Shown piece by piece: positions 55,622 through 64,000 of a stretch of DNA of 64,000 nt. Origin of the DNA: Bacteroidota bacterium (lineage in GTDB: Bacteria; Bacteroidota; Ignavibacteria; Ignavibacteriales; Melioribacteraceae); the NCBI GenBank assembly GCA_040755055.1, contig JBFMBS010000007.1, positions 27,444-91,443 on the forward strand, given 5' to 3'. The stretch's first letter is position 1, and the number at the start of each line of letters is the position of its first letter. The notes beneath the pieces were generated by a model. It saw only the letters and a program-made list of their open reading frames with translations. It did not search any database and had not been told where the DNA came from. A program made the position numbers and the translations under genes.

Positions 55622-55664
55622 GGTATATCTGAAGTTATTTTATGAATAATTATTCAGAGGTTTT

Positions 55665-57347
55665 ATGCGCTCCGATCTTATAAAAAAAGGGTTTGATAAA
55701 GCTCCTCATAGAAGCTTATTGAAAGCTACCGGTGTCATCAAAAATGACGGTGATTTCAACAAACCCTTTATTGGTATCTGCAACTCGTACATAGATTTGA
55801 TCCCCGGGCACGTTCATTTGCAAGAATTCGGCAGAGTAATTAAAGAAGAAGTCCGTAAAGCCGGCGGAGTCCCTTTCGAATTTAATACAATCGGTGTTGA
55901 TGATGGAATTGCAATGGGGCATATCGGCATGCGCTATTCACTCGCAAGCCGCGAACTTATAGCCGATAGTTTGGAAACCGTTGTTGAAGCACACCGATTG
56001 GATGGATTAATCTGCATCCCAAATTGTGATAAGATTGTACCGGGAATGTTGATGGGCGCTGTTCGTGTTAACATTCCAACGATATTTATTTCAGGCGGAC
56101 CGATGAAAGCCGGCAGAACCCCTTCCGGTGAAAAAGTTGATTTGATTTCAGTCTTCGAAGGTGTTGGAAAATTTTCGACCGGGCAGATTGACGAAAAAAA
56201 ATTAAAAGAGCTTGAAGATTTCGGATGCCCGTCATGCGGCTCGTGTTCAGGCATGTTCACTGCCAACTCAATGAATTGTTTGATGGAGGCATTGGGAATG
56301 GCATTACCCGGTAACGGTTCCATCCTCGCAGTAGATCCAAAACGCCACGATTTAGCAAAAGAAGCCGCACGGAAAATTCTCGATCTTATAAAATTAGATT
56401 TAAAACCAAAAGATATTATCACACGCGAATCAATTTTGAATTCGTTTGCGCTTGATATGGCAATGGGCGGCAGCACGAATACGGTTCTTCATACACTTGC
56501 CATTGCAAGCGAAGCCGGAATTGATTTCAAGCTCGAAGAAATAAATGAGCTGTCCAAAAAAACCCCATACATCTGCAAAGTATCGCCGGCAACAAAAAAT
56601 GTTCACATGGAAGATGTTGATAGAGCCGGGGGAATTTCTGCCATTCTCAACGAACTCTCCAAAGTTGATGGGGTATTAAATTTGTCTCTTCCTACCGTAA
56701 CCGGACAAACAATTGGAGAGAATATTAAATCTGCCGGAGCGAAAGATAGAACAGTAATAAAAACAATTGATAAACCTTATCGTAAAACCGGAGGTCTTTC
56801 AGTTCTATTCGGTAATCTTGCACCAAAAGGTTCTGTAGTAAAGACCGGTGCAGTCGAAGAAAAGATGATGGTGCATAAAGGTCAGGCAATAATTTTTGAT
56901 TCACAAGATGATGCAATTGCCGGAATCAGAAATGGATCGGTAAAACCCGGGCATGTTGTAGTAATTCGTTACGAGGGACCCAAAGGCGGACCGGGTATGC
57001 CGGAAATGTTGGCGCCAACGAGTGAAATTGTTGGAATGGGACTCGGCGACAAAGTTGCACTGATAACCGACGGAAGATTTTCAGGCGGAACACGAGGTGC
57101 TTGCATCGGGCATGTTTCCCCCGAAGCCGCTGTGAAAGGACCAATAGCAGCATTAAAAGACGGAGATATAATTTCGATTGATATACCTAATAATTCTCTA
57201 AACGTTGAATTAAGTGAAGAAGAAATTCAAAATAGATTAAATGGATTACCGGATTTCAAACCGAAAATTAACAAAGGATATTTAGCACGATATTCGAGAA
57301 TGGTTACTTCTGCGAACACCGGTGCAGTTTTAATTTTACCAGAATAA
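55665..57347 (+). CDS. ilvD: Dihydroxy-acid dehydratase
   Basis: 560 aa. Typical IlvD blocks: [42 protein letters not shown] and [16 protein letters not shown]. Confidence 0.95.
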   Translation: MRSDLIKKGFDKAPHRSLLKATGVIKNDGDFNKPFIGICNSYIDLIPGHVHLQEFGRVIKEEVRKAGGVPFEFNTIGVDDGIAMGHIGMRYSLASRELIADSLETVVEAHRLDGLICIPNCDKIVPGMLMGAVRVNIPTIFISGGPMKAGRTPSGEKVDLISVFEGVGKFSTGQIDEKKLKELEDFGCPSCGSCSGMFTANSMNCLMEALGMALPGNGSILAVDPKRHDLAKEAARKILDLIKLDLKPKDIITRESILNSFALDMAMGGSTNTVLHTLAIASEAGIDFKLEEINELSKKTPYICKVSPATKNVHMEDVDRAGGISAILNELSKVDGVLNLSLPTVTGQTIGENIKSAGAKDRTVIKTIDKPYRKTGGLSVLFGNLAPKGSVVKTGAVEEKMMVHKGQAIIFDSQDDAIAGIRNGSVKPGHVVVIRYEGPKGGPGMPEMLAPTSEIVGMGLGDKVALITDGRFSGGTRGACIGHVSPEAAVKGPIAALKDGDIISIDIPNNSLNVELSEEEIQNRLNGLPDFKPKINKGYLARYSRMVTSANTGAVLILPE

Positions 57348-57362
57348 AAAAGAGTATTGACT

Positions 57363-59078
57363 ATGCATACTAAAAAGAAAATTTCAGGGGCGGATATATT
57401 TTTTGAATGCCTCAAAAAAGAAGGCGTTGAATATGTTTTTGGATATCCTGGCGGTGCTGTTCTTAAAATCTACGAGCATCTTCATGATATAAATTTTTTA
57501 AAACACATTTTGGTGCGTCATGAACAAGGTGCTACACACATGGCTGAAGGTTACGCAAAAGCTACCGGGAAAGTCGGTGTGGTGTTGGTAACATCCGGAC
57601 CGGGTGCAACGAACACAGTTACCGGAATTGCCGATGCATATATGGACTCGGTTCCGATAGTTGTCTTTACCGGGCAAGTTGCAACTCATCTTATCGGCAA
57701 TGATGCGTTCCAGGAAGCAGATATTGTTGGTATAACAAGACCGATCACAAAACATAATTTTTTAGTTCGCGACGTAAATGAATTAGCAACAATAATTAAA
57801 AAAGCATTTTACATTGCTTCCACCGGCAGACCGGGACCGGTTTTGGTTGATCTACCTAAGAATGTAATTAACAGTGTATGCGAATTTGATTACCCGGAAG
57901 AAGTTGAAATGCGTGGATATAAACCGAGACTTTTTGGTCATCAAAATCAAATTAAGAAAGCGGCAACGATGATACAAAAAGCAAAACGACCTTTGCTCTA
58001 CGTCGGCGGCGGTGTCATCATGTCTGAAGGTAATCGTGAATTGTATCTGCTTGCAAAAGAAAATAATCTTCCGGTTACAATGACTTTGCAAGGTTTGGGT
58101 GCATTCCCCGGAACTGATCCGCAATCACTCGGTATGCTCGGTATGCACGGAACTTACTGGGCTAATCAAGCTGTTAATAATTGCGATCTTTTAATTTCGC
58201 TTGGCGCCCGTTTTGATGACCGCGTTACCGGCAAGATTGAAACGTTTGCAACTAAAGCTTATAAAATTCACGTTGATATTGACCCGACATGTATCGATAA
58301 AAATATTATTGTCAATCTTCCGATTGTAGGTGATGTTAAACATGTGATGGCTGAACTTGCATCCGAACTAACGACTAAACCTGATTTAAGTGAATGGTGG
58401 TCGCAGATCAATAAGTGGAGGGAAGAATGTCCGCTCCATTATGAAAAGAATGACGGACGTCTGCGCTCGGAATATGTAATTGAAAAATTATCTGAGATTA
58501 CTCAAGGCGAAGCAGTTGTTGTTACTGATGTTGGGCAAAATCAAATGTGGACTGCACAATATTATAAATTCAATCATCCACGTTCACATATAACAAGCGG
58601 CGGACTTGGAACGATGGGTTTCTCATTACCGGCGGCGATAGGTGCGGCTTTCGGCATCAAGGACCGTCCGGTTGTTTCAATCAGCGGTGATGGCGGCTTT
58701 CAGATGAATATACAAGAACTTGCAACTGTTGTCTATCATAAACTTCCTATTCTATTTATAATATTGAATAACAGCTTTTTGGGAATGGTGCGCCAATGGC
58801 AAGAGTTGTTCCATGCAGAAAAATTTAGCTTTACAAACTTATCCGATAGCAACCCTGATTTTGCGAAGGTGGCTTCGGCATTTGGCTTAAAAGCATTTTC
58901 AACAAATGATCCTAAAGACGTAGAACCGTTGTTAAAGGAAGCACTCGCCACAAAAGATGGACCGGTGTTAATCGAATTCAAAGTTGTAAAAGAAGATATG
59001 GTCTTTCCTATCATACCTTCGGGTGCTTCAATTAGTGATATGATTACAAGAAGATTAGATCCAAAGGAGATGTTATAA
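57363..59078 (+). CDS. ilvB: Acetolactate synthase (acetohydroxy-acid synthase) large subunit
   Basis: ThDP-enzyme blocks: GYPGGAVL, HEQGATHMAEGYA, GPGATN, and the ThDP motif GDGGFQMN...LNN. The TTG at 57357 is an alternative start. Confidence 0.95.
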   Translation: MHTKKKISGADIFFECLKKEGVEYVFGYPGGAVLKIYEHLHDINFLKHILVRHEQGATHMAEGYAKATGKVGVVLVTSGPGATNTVTGIADAYMDSVPIVVFTGQVATHLIGNDAFQEADIVGITRPITKHNFLVRDVNELATIIKKAFYIASTGRPGPVLVDLPKNVINSVCEFDYPEEVEMRGYKPRLFGHQNQIKKAATMIQKAKRPLLYVGGGVIMSEGNRELYLLAKENNLPVTMTLQGLGAFPGTDPQSLGMLGMHGTYWANQAVNNCDLLISLGARFDDRVTGKIETFATKAYKIHVDIDPTCIDKNIIVNLPIVGDVKHVMAELASELTTKPDLSEWWSQINKWREECPLHYEKNDGRLRSEYVIEKLSEITQGEAVVVTDVGQNQMWTAQYYKFNHPRSHITSGGLGTMGFSLPAAIGAAFGIKDRPVVSISGDGGFQMNIQELATVVYHKLPILFIILNNSFLGMVRQWQELFHAEKFSFTNLSDSNPDFAKVASAFGLKAFSTNDPKDVEPLLKEALATKDGPVLIEFKVVKEDMVFPIIPSGASISDMITRRLDPKEML

Positions 59079-59594
59079 ATGCAGCACATAATTTCAGTTC
59101 TATGCGAAAATCAATTTGGCGCATTCAATCGTATCGTTACAATGTTTAGCGGCAAGGGATTTAATGTTCATTCAATGTCGATTGGTGAAACAGAAAATCC
59201 CGAAGTTTCCCGGATGACAATCGTAACAGAAGGTGACGACCAGATCATCGAACAAGTAGTTAAGCAATTAAATCGTTTGATCGACACAATTAAAATTATT
59301 GATCTGACTAACCAGGCAAAAGTTCAGCGTGAACTTGCATTGATCACTGTTTTTTACCAGAAAGGTACTCGTTCAGAGATAATGGATATCTGTGAAATCT
59401 TCCGCGGCAATATCGTAGATATCAACAACAAAACATTAATGCTGGAAATTACCGGTCCGCCCGATAAAATTGATGCGGCAATAAATGTGCTAGAACCGTA
59501 TGGTATTAAAGAGCTGGCGAGATCGGGTAATGTTGTTCTTAAACGCGGTGAACAATTAGGTAAGGAAACTAAAGAAGTTAAATCCGATAAGTAG
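59079..59594 (+). CDS. ilvN: Acetolactate synthase small (regulatory) subunit
   Basis: ACT domain: [35 protein letters not shown]. Its ATG directly abuts the ilvB stop codon. Confidence 0.9.
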   Translation: MQHIISVLCENQFGAFNRIVTMFSGKGFNVHSMSIGETENPEVSRMTIVTEGDDQIIEQVVKQLNRLIDTIKIIDLTNQAKVQRELALITVFYQKGTRSEIMDICEIFRGNIVDINNKTLMLEITGPPDKIDAAINVLEPYGIKELARSGNVVLKRGEQLGKETKEVKSDK

Positions 59595-59616
59595 AAAAAA
59601 TATTCAAGGAGAAAAA

Positions 59617-60609
59617 ATGAAAGTTTATTATGATTCCGATGCAGACTTAAATCTGCTGAAAGGAAAAAAGTTAAGCGTAATTGGATTTGGAAGTCAGGGT
59701 CATGCACATGCACTGAACCTAAAAGAGAGCGGTATGGATGTAGCAGTTGGTTTAAGAAAGGCAAGTGCACGATGGAAAGAAGCAGAGGAAGCCGGTGTTA
59801 AAGTAATGACAGTTGAAGAAGCTTCAGCCTGGGGCGATGTTATCATGATATTACTGCCTGATCAAAGCCAAAAAGAAGTTTATGAGAAAGAAATTAAACA
59901 GCACATGAAAACCGGCAAGACCCTGGCGTTTGCGCACGGATTCAATATTCTTTACAAACAAGTTGATCCTCCAAAAGATGTTGATGTTATAATGATTGCA
60001 CCTAAAAGCCCGGGACACTTGGTACGCAGAACATACCAGGGCGGGAGCGGTACACCATGTTTAATTGCAATCCATCAAGATGCGAGCGGCAAAGCAAAAG
60101 AGACCGCTCTTGCCTGGGCAAAAGGAATTGGCGGAACGCGCGCCGGTGTTATTGAAACAACTTTTAAAAATGAAACCGAAACGGATTTGTTCGGCGAACA
60201 AGCTGTCCTTTGCGGCGGTTCGGCTGAACTTATTAAATCTGGATTTGAAACGTTGGTTGAAGCCGGTTACGATCCTGAACTAGCATACTTTGAATGTATG
60301 CACGAATTAAAATTAATTGTTGATCTTTATTACGAAGGCGGACTTTCAAGAATGAATTATTCCGTGAGTGATACTGCTGAATATGGTGGAATGACACGCG
60401 GACCAAAAGTTATTACAAGCGATACAAAAAAAGTTATGAAACAAATTTTAACGGATATTCAAACCGGGAAATTTGCCGAAGAATGGATCAATGAGAACAA
60501 AAACGGTCAGCCGGTTTTGAACAAACTTAGAGAAGAAAATAAAAATCACATTATTGAAAAAGTCGGCTCTCAACTTAGAGGTATGATGAGCTGGTTGATC
60601 AAAAAATAA
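59617..60609 (+). CDS. ilvC: Ketol-acid reductoisomerase (class I)
   Basis: [28 protein letters not shown] and [12 protein letters not shown]. Confidence 0.95.
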   Translation: MKVYYDSDADLNLLKGKKLSVIGFGSQGHAHALNLKESGMDVAVGLRKASARWKEAEEAGVKVMTVEEASAWGDVIMILLPDQSQKEVYEKEIKQHMKTGKTLAFAHGFNILYKQVDPPKDVDVIMIAPKSPGHLVRRTYQGGSGTPCLIAIHQDASGKAKETALAWAKGIGGTRAGVIETTFKNETETDLFGEQAVLCGGSAELIKSGFETLVEAGYDPELAYFECMHELKLIVDLYYEGGLSRMNYSVSDTAEYGGMTRGPKVITSDTKKVMKQILTDIQTGKFAEEWINENKNGQPVLNKLREENKNHIIEKVGSQLRGMMSWLIKK

Positions 60610-60616
60610 TTTACAT

Positions 60617-60661
60617 CTCTGTGTCTCTGTGGTAAAAAAAATAAACCACGGAGACACAGAG
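60617..60661. repeat. 17-bp-stem hairpin (CTCTGTGTCTCTGTGGT / ACCACGGAGACACAGAG) between ilvC and leuB
   Basis: One mismatch in 17 bp, A-rich 11-nt loop. It lies inside the apparent operon and could be a REP-like element or a partial terminator/processing site. Confidence 0.6.
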
Positions 60662-60685
60662 TCACGGAGAAAATAGGAGAAAGCA

Positions 60686-61780
60686 ATGTTTAAGATTATA
60701 CTCTTGCCCGGCGATGGAATTGGTCCCGAAGTTGTTGACGCGGCAGTTAAAGTTTTAAAATTGGTCGGTGAAAAATTTAATACTGAATTTGAATTTAAAA
60801 CTTGTTTGATGGGCGGATGCTCTTATGATGTTCACGGTACACCTTTGACTGATGAGGTACTGAGCGAATGTTACAGTTCAGATGCAGTATTCCTTGGTGC
60901 GGTTGGCGGATACAAATGGGAAGATTTGCCGCATCATCTAAAACCGGAAGCCGCTTTATTAAAAATAAGGAAAGCATTAGGACTCTATGCAAATTTACGT
61001 CCGGCAAAAGTTTACACTTCTATGCTTTCAAATTCTTCTTTGAAGGCCGAAGTGCTAAAAGGAACTGATGTTTTGATATTGCGTGAATTGACCGGCGGAA
61101 TTTATTTCGGTCAGCCGCGCGGATATGATGATGAAAAGGGATTCAATACGATGATTTATACAAAGGGAGAAGTTGAGAGAATCGCAAGAAAAGCTTTTGA
61201 ATTTGCAAGAGTTAGAAATGGGAAAGTAACATCTGTTGATAAAGCAAATGTCCTTGAAGTATCTCAATTCTGGAGAAAGGTTGTTGTTGAAGTTCACAAA
61301 GATTACCCGGATGTACAGCTTCAGCACATGTATGTTGATAACGCAGCAATGCAGCTTGTCCGCGATCCAAAGCAATTTGATGTTGTATTAACGTCAAATT
61401 TATTTGGTGATATACTCAGCGATATCGCCGCAATGATTACCGGGAGTCTCGGTATGCTGCCGTCTGCAAGTATCGGTTCTAAATATGCTTTGTATGAACC
61501 GGTGCATGGAAGCGCACCTGATATTGCCGGGCAAAATATTGCCAACCCGATTGCGGCTATTTCTTCGGCGGCAATGATGCTGAAATATTCTTTCCAGATG
61601 GATAAAGCGGCAGAACTTGTTGAAGAAGCTATTGAAAATGTTTTGAACAAAAGTTATCGAACAAAAGATATTTATCAAGATGGTGATAAACTTGTTTCGA
61701 CCGATGGAATGACCAATAAAATTATTGATGAGTTTGAAACGGTCTGCGCAAATCATTCATTAAATGTCTTTACACTTTAA
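60686..61780 (+). CDS. leuB: 3-isopropylmalate dehydrogenase
   Basis: LLPGDGIGPEV, NLFGDILSDIAAMITGSLGMLPSAS and HGSAPDIAGQNIANP. Confidence 0.95.
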   Translation: MFKIILLPGDGIGPEVVDAAVKVLKLVGEKFNTEFEFKTCLMGGCSYDVHGTPLTDEVLSECYSSDAVFLGAVGGYKWEDLPHHLKPEAALLKIRKALGLYANLRPAKVYTSMLSNSSLKAEVLKGTDVLILRELTGGIYFGQPRGYDDEKGFNTMIYTKGEVERIARKAFEFARVRNGKVTSVDKANVLEVSQFWRKVVVEVHKDYPDVQLQHMYVDNAAMQLVRDPKQFDVVLTSNLFGDILSDIAAMITGSLGMLPSASIGSKYALYEPVHGSAPDIAGQNIANPIAAISSAAMMLKYSFQMDKAAELVEEAIENVLNKSYRTKDIYQDGDKLVSTDGMTNKIIDEFETVCANHSLNVFTL

Positions 61781-61798
61781 TTTATAACGAGGTAACAA

Positions 61799-63382
61799 AT
61801 GTCATCAAATAGAATAACAATATTTGATACAACTTTGAGAGATGGCGAGCAATCGCCCGGTGCATCATTAAACGTACATGAAAAGGTAGAGATAGCGCAT
61901 CAGCTTGCCAAGTTAAAAGTTGATGTTATCGAAGCCGGTTTTCCGGTTTCTTCGCCGGCTCAATTCGAAGGTGTGAGAAGAATTGCCGAAGAAGTAAATG
62001 CGATTATTGCCGGGCTATCACGAGCCAATGAAAAAGATATTAAAGCTGCGGCTGATTCATTAGCGCCGGCGCCAAGAAAAAGAATTCATACATTCTCAAG
62101 CACTTCCGATTACCATATACTTGGTAAATTCAGTCATCCTCGTTACGGTTCAACTCTTCAAGAAAAAAGAAAGACAATTATTAAAATGTCTTACGATGCA
62201 GTAGCATATGCAAAAACTTTTACAGATGACGTTGAATTCTCTGCTGAGGATGCCGGGAGAACAGACATCGGGTACTTAGCAGAAGTTATCGAAACAGCAA
62301 TTGAAGCCGGTGCTACTACAGTTAATATCCCGGATACTACCGGTTATACATTACCTTCTGAATACGGAGAAAAGATTGCGGAACTAAAACGCAGAGTTAA
62401 AAATATTGATAAAGCGATTATCAGTGTTCATTGCCATAATGATCTTGGACTTGCAGTAGCAAATTCTATTTCGGCAATGCAAAATGGTGCAAGACAAATT
62501 GAATGTACAATTAACGGAATTGGGGAACGTGCCGGCAACGCATCATTGGAAGAATTAGTGATGGCATTGAACGTACGCAAAGATTTGTTAAACTATTATA
62601 CAAACATTAATACGTACGAAATCTACAATACAAGCAAGATGGTTTCTGCTTTTACCGGTTTACTTGTTCAAAGAAACAAAGCTATAGTTGGTGAAAATGC
62701 TTTCTCACATGAATCGGGTATTCATCAAGACGGAGTGCTTAAAAATCGTGAGACGTATGAAATTATGACTCCCGAAAGCGTTGGTATTCCTACAAACAAA
62801 ATTGTTTTGGGAAGGCATTCGGGAAGGCATGGATTGAAAGTAAGATTGGAACAATTAGGTTATAAAGTTACTGAAGAGGAAGTACAAAGAATTTATGAAG
62901 CATTCACAGAACTTGCAGATAAGAAGAAAGAAGTATTCGATGACGATTTAAGAATGTTAATGGGTGATGAGATTCAAAAGAAAGATGAAGTTTATGAATT
63001 GGAATATTTGCAAATCAATGCCGGAACAAATTCTATTCCGAATGCAGTGGTAAGAATAAAATCAGGCGAGCAAACATTTGAAGAGACCGCAACGGGTGAT
63101 GGACCGGTTGATGCAGTATTCAACTCGATTGAACGTGCGCTATCGATTAAATCCGAAGTTGAATCATACCAGGTTCGCTCGGTTACATCAGGCCGAGAAG
63201 CGATGGGTGAAGTACTGATAAGGATTAGAAGTAATGGTAAATCATTTACCGGCAGAGGAATTTCAACTGATATTATTGAGGCAAGTGCAAAATCATATTT
63301 AAGTGCATTGAATCAAAAAGAACAATACATGAAAGAATCGGAAACACTTTCAAACAGTGAAACATTATCGGAAGTAATTTAA
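61799..63382 (+). CDS. leuA: 2-isopropylmalate synthase (long form with C-terminal regulatory domain)
   Basis: IFDTTLRDGEQSPG, HCHNDLGLAVANS, GIGERAGNA and a LeuA-dimer regulatory domain. Confidence 0.95.
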   Translation: MSSNRITIFDTTLRDGEQSPGASLNVHEKVEIAHQLAKLKVDVIEAGFPVSSPAQFEGVRRIAEEVNAIIAGLSRANEKDIKAAADSLAPAPRKRIHTFSSTSDYHILGKFSHPRYGSTLQEKRKTIIKMSYDAVAYAKTFTDDVEFSAEDAGRTDIGYLAEVIETAIEAGATTVNIPDTTGYTLPSEYGEKIAELKRRVKNIDKAIISVHCHNDLGLAVANSISAMQNGARQIECTINGIGERAGNASLEELVMALNVRKDLLNYYTNINTYEIYNTSKMVSAFTGLLVQRNKAIVGENAFSHESGIHQDGVLKNRETYEIMTPESVGIPTNKIVLGRHSGRHGLKVRLEQLGYKVTEEEVQRIYEAFTELADKKKEVFDDDLRMLMGDEIQKKDEVYELEYLQINAGTNSIPNAVVRIKSGEQTFEETATGDGPVDAVFNSIERALSIKSEVESYQVRSVTSGREAMGEVLIRIRSNGKSFTGRGISTDIIEASAKSYLSALNQKEQYMKESETLSNSETLSEVI

Positions 63383-63393
63383 GGGATTAATAA

Positions 63394-64000
63394 ATGGGAA
63401 TGACGATCACAGAAAAAATTTTGGCTAAAGCATCCGGCAGAAATAAAGTTATACCCGGGGAAAATATTTGGTTGAATGTTGATGTGCTGATGACGCACGA
63501 TGTTTGCGGACCGCCGACAATCGAAATATGGAAAAGAGAATTTGGTGATAAAGCAAAAATTTGGGATAAGAAAAAGTTAGTGATCTTTCCCGATCATTAT
63601 ATCTTTACCAAAAATCCTCAAGCAAATAGGAACGTAAATGTACTTCGTGAGTTTGCTTCGGAATATGGAATTGAAAATTATTATGATGTTGGCACTGACC
63701 GCTACAAAGGTGTGTGTCATATTGCACTTGCAGAAGAAGGTTATAACATACCGGGAACAGTTTTATTCGGTACTGATTCGCACACATGTACATCCGGCGC
63801 ATTCGGGATGTTCTCAACCGGTGTAGGGAACACGGATGCTGCCTTCATTTTAGGCACGGGAAAAATTTGGGAAAAAGTTCCTGAATCTCTGAAGTTCGTT
63901 TTTAACGGTGAGCTGCCGAAATACATCACAGCAAAAGATTTAATACTTCAAGTGCTTGGAGATATTACAACTGATGGCGGAACATACCGCTCATTGGAAT
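63394..64000 (+). CDS. leuC: 3-isopropylmalate dehydratase large subunit (aconitase family), 5' part; continues beyond the window
   Basis: Hand translation gives MGMTITEKILAKASG...MTHDVCGPP...GTDSHTCTSGAFG.. with no stop codon before the window ends. It is absent from the ORF track for that reason. Confidence 0.85.
   Translation, partial: MGMTITEKILAKASGRNKVIPGENIWLNVDVLMTHDVCGPPTIEIWKREFGDKAKIWDKKKLVIFPDHYIFTKNPQANRNVNVLREFASEYGIENYYDVGTDRYKGVCHIALAEEGYNIPGTVLFGTDSHTCTSGAFGMFSTGVGNTDAAFILGTGKIWEKVPESLKFVFNGELPKYITAKDLILQVLGDITTDGGTYRSLE

Noticed and set aside
55934-56476. 180-aa antisense ORF inside ilvD. Similar long antisense ORFs lie at 35463-36029, 36977-37453, 59354-59770, 61400-61756 and 45245-45809
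   Set aside because: Each lies fully inside a strongly supported gene on the opposite strand. Their protein sequences are low-complexity and have no recognisable motifs. Such shadow ORFs are expected opposite long genes.

Overview
This is an AT-rich bacterial chromosomal window. It looks most like an Ignavibacteria-like member of the FCB (Bacteroidota/Chlorobi) group. That placement is an inference: five proteins end in the NYPNPFNP-type T9SS C-terminal sorting domain, and a PorV-like barrel gene is present. No database search was possible.

Gene content, in order:
- 1-3.6 kb: the 3' end of a cation/H+ antiporter fused to an EIIA-2 domain, mlaE, and gdhA.
- 3.7-19 kb (minus strand): four large T9SS cargo genes, namely a CocE/NonD hydrolase, a LamG-like + purple-acid-phosphatase-like esterase, a GDPD-FN3-Ig-LamG protein, and a triple LamG-like protein. 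Upstream of them (higher coordinates) lie a LuxR-type response regulator and a beta-propeller/Y_Y_Y histidine kinase. A conserved near-palindromic box sits in front of three of the cargo genes and of the regulator.
- 19-32 kb: a lipoprotein, a receiver-PPDK_N protein, an aminotransferase, vapBC, an M16 peptidase, an isolated nuoGHI, and comM.
- 32-54 kb: a LacI-headed uptake/catabolic locus. It holds a TonB-dependent receptor, an unknown 650-aa protein, a PorV-like barrel, an esterase, ribokinase, an LVIVD T9SS protein, a CUT1-type ABC importer, and four consecutive ADP-ribosylglycohydrolase-family paralogs.
- 54-55 kb: a Mut7-C RNase gene.
- 55.3-64 kb: ilvD-ilvB-ilvN-ilvC-leuB-leuA-leuC. It is preceded by a consensus sigma-70 promoter and an Ile/Leu-rich leader peptide with alternative hairpins.

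Intergenic DNA is full of several families of short palindromic or word-array repeats. Some of these are translated in frame inside T9SS sorting domains.

No rRNA gene, tRNA gene, CRISPR array or transposase gene was seen. Coordinates of short motifs were counted by hand and may be off by 1-2 nt.
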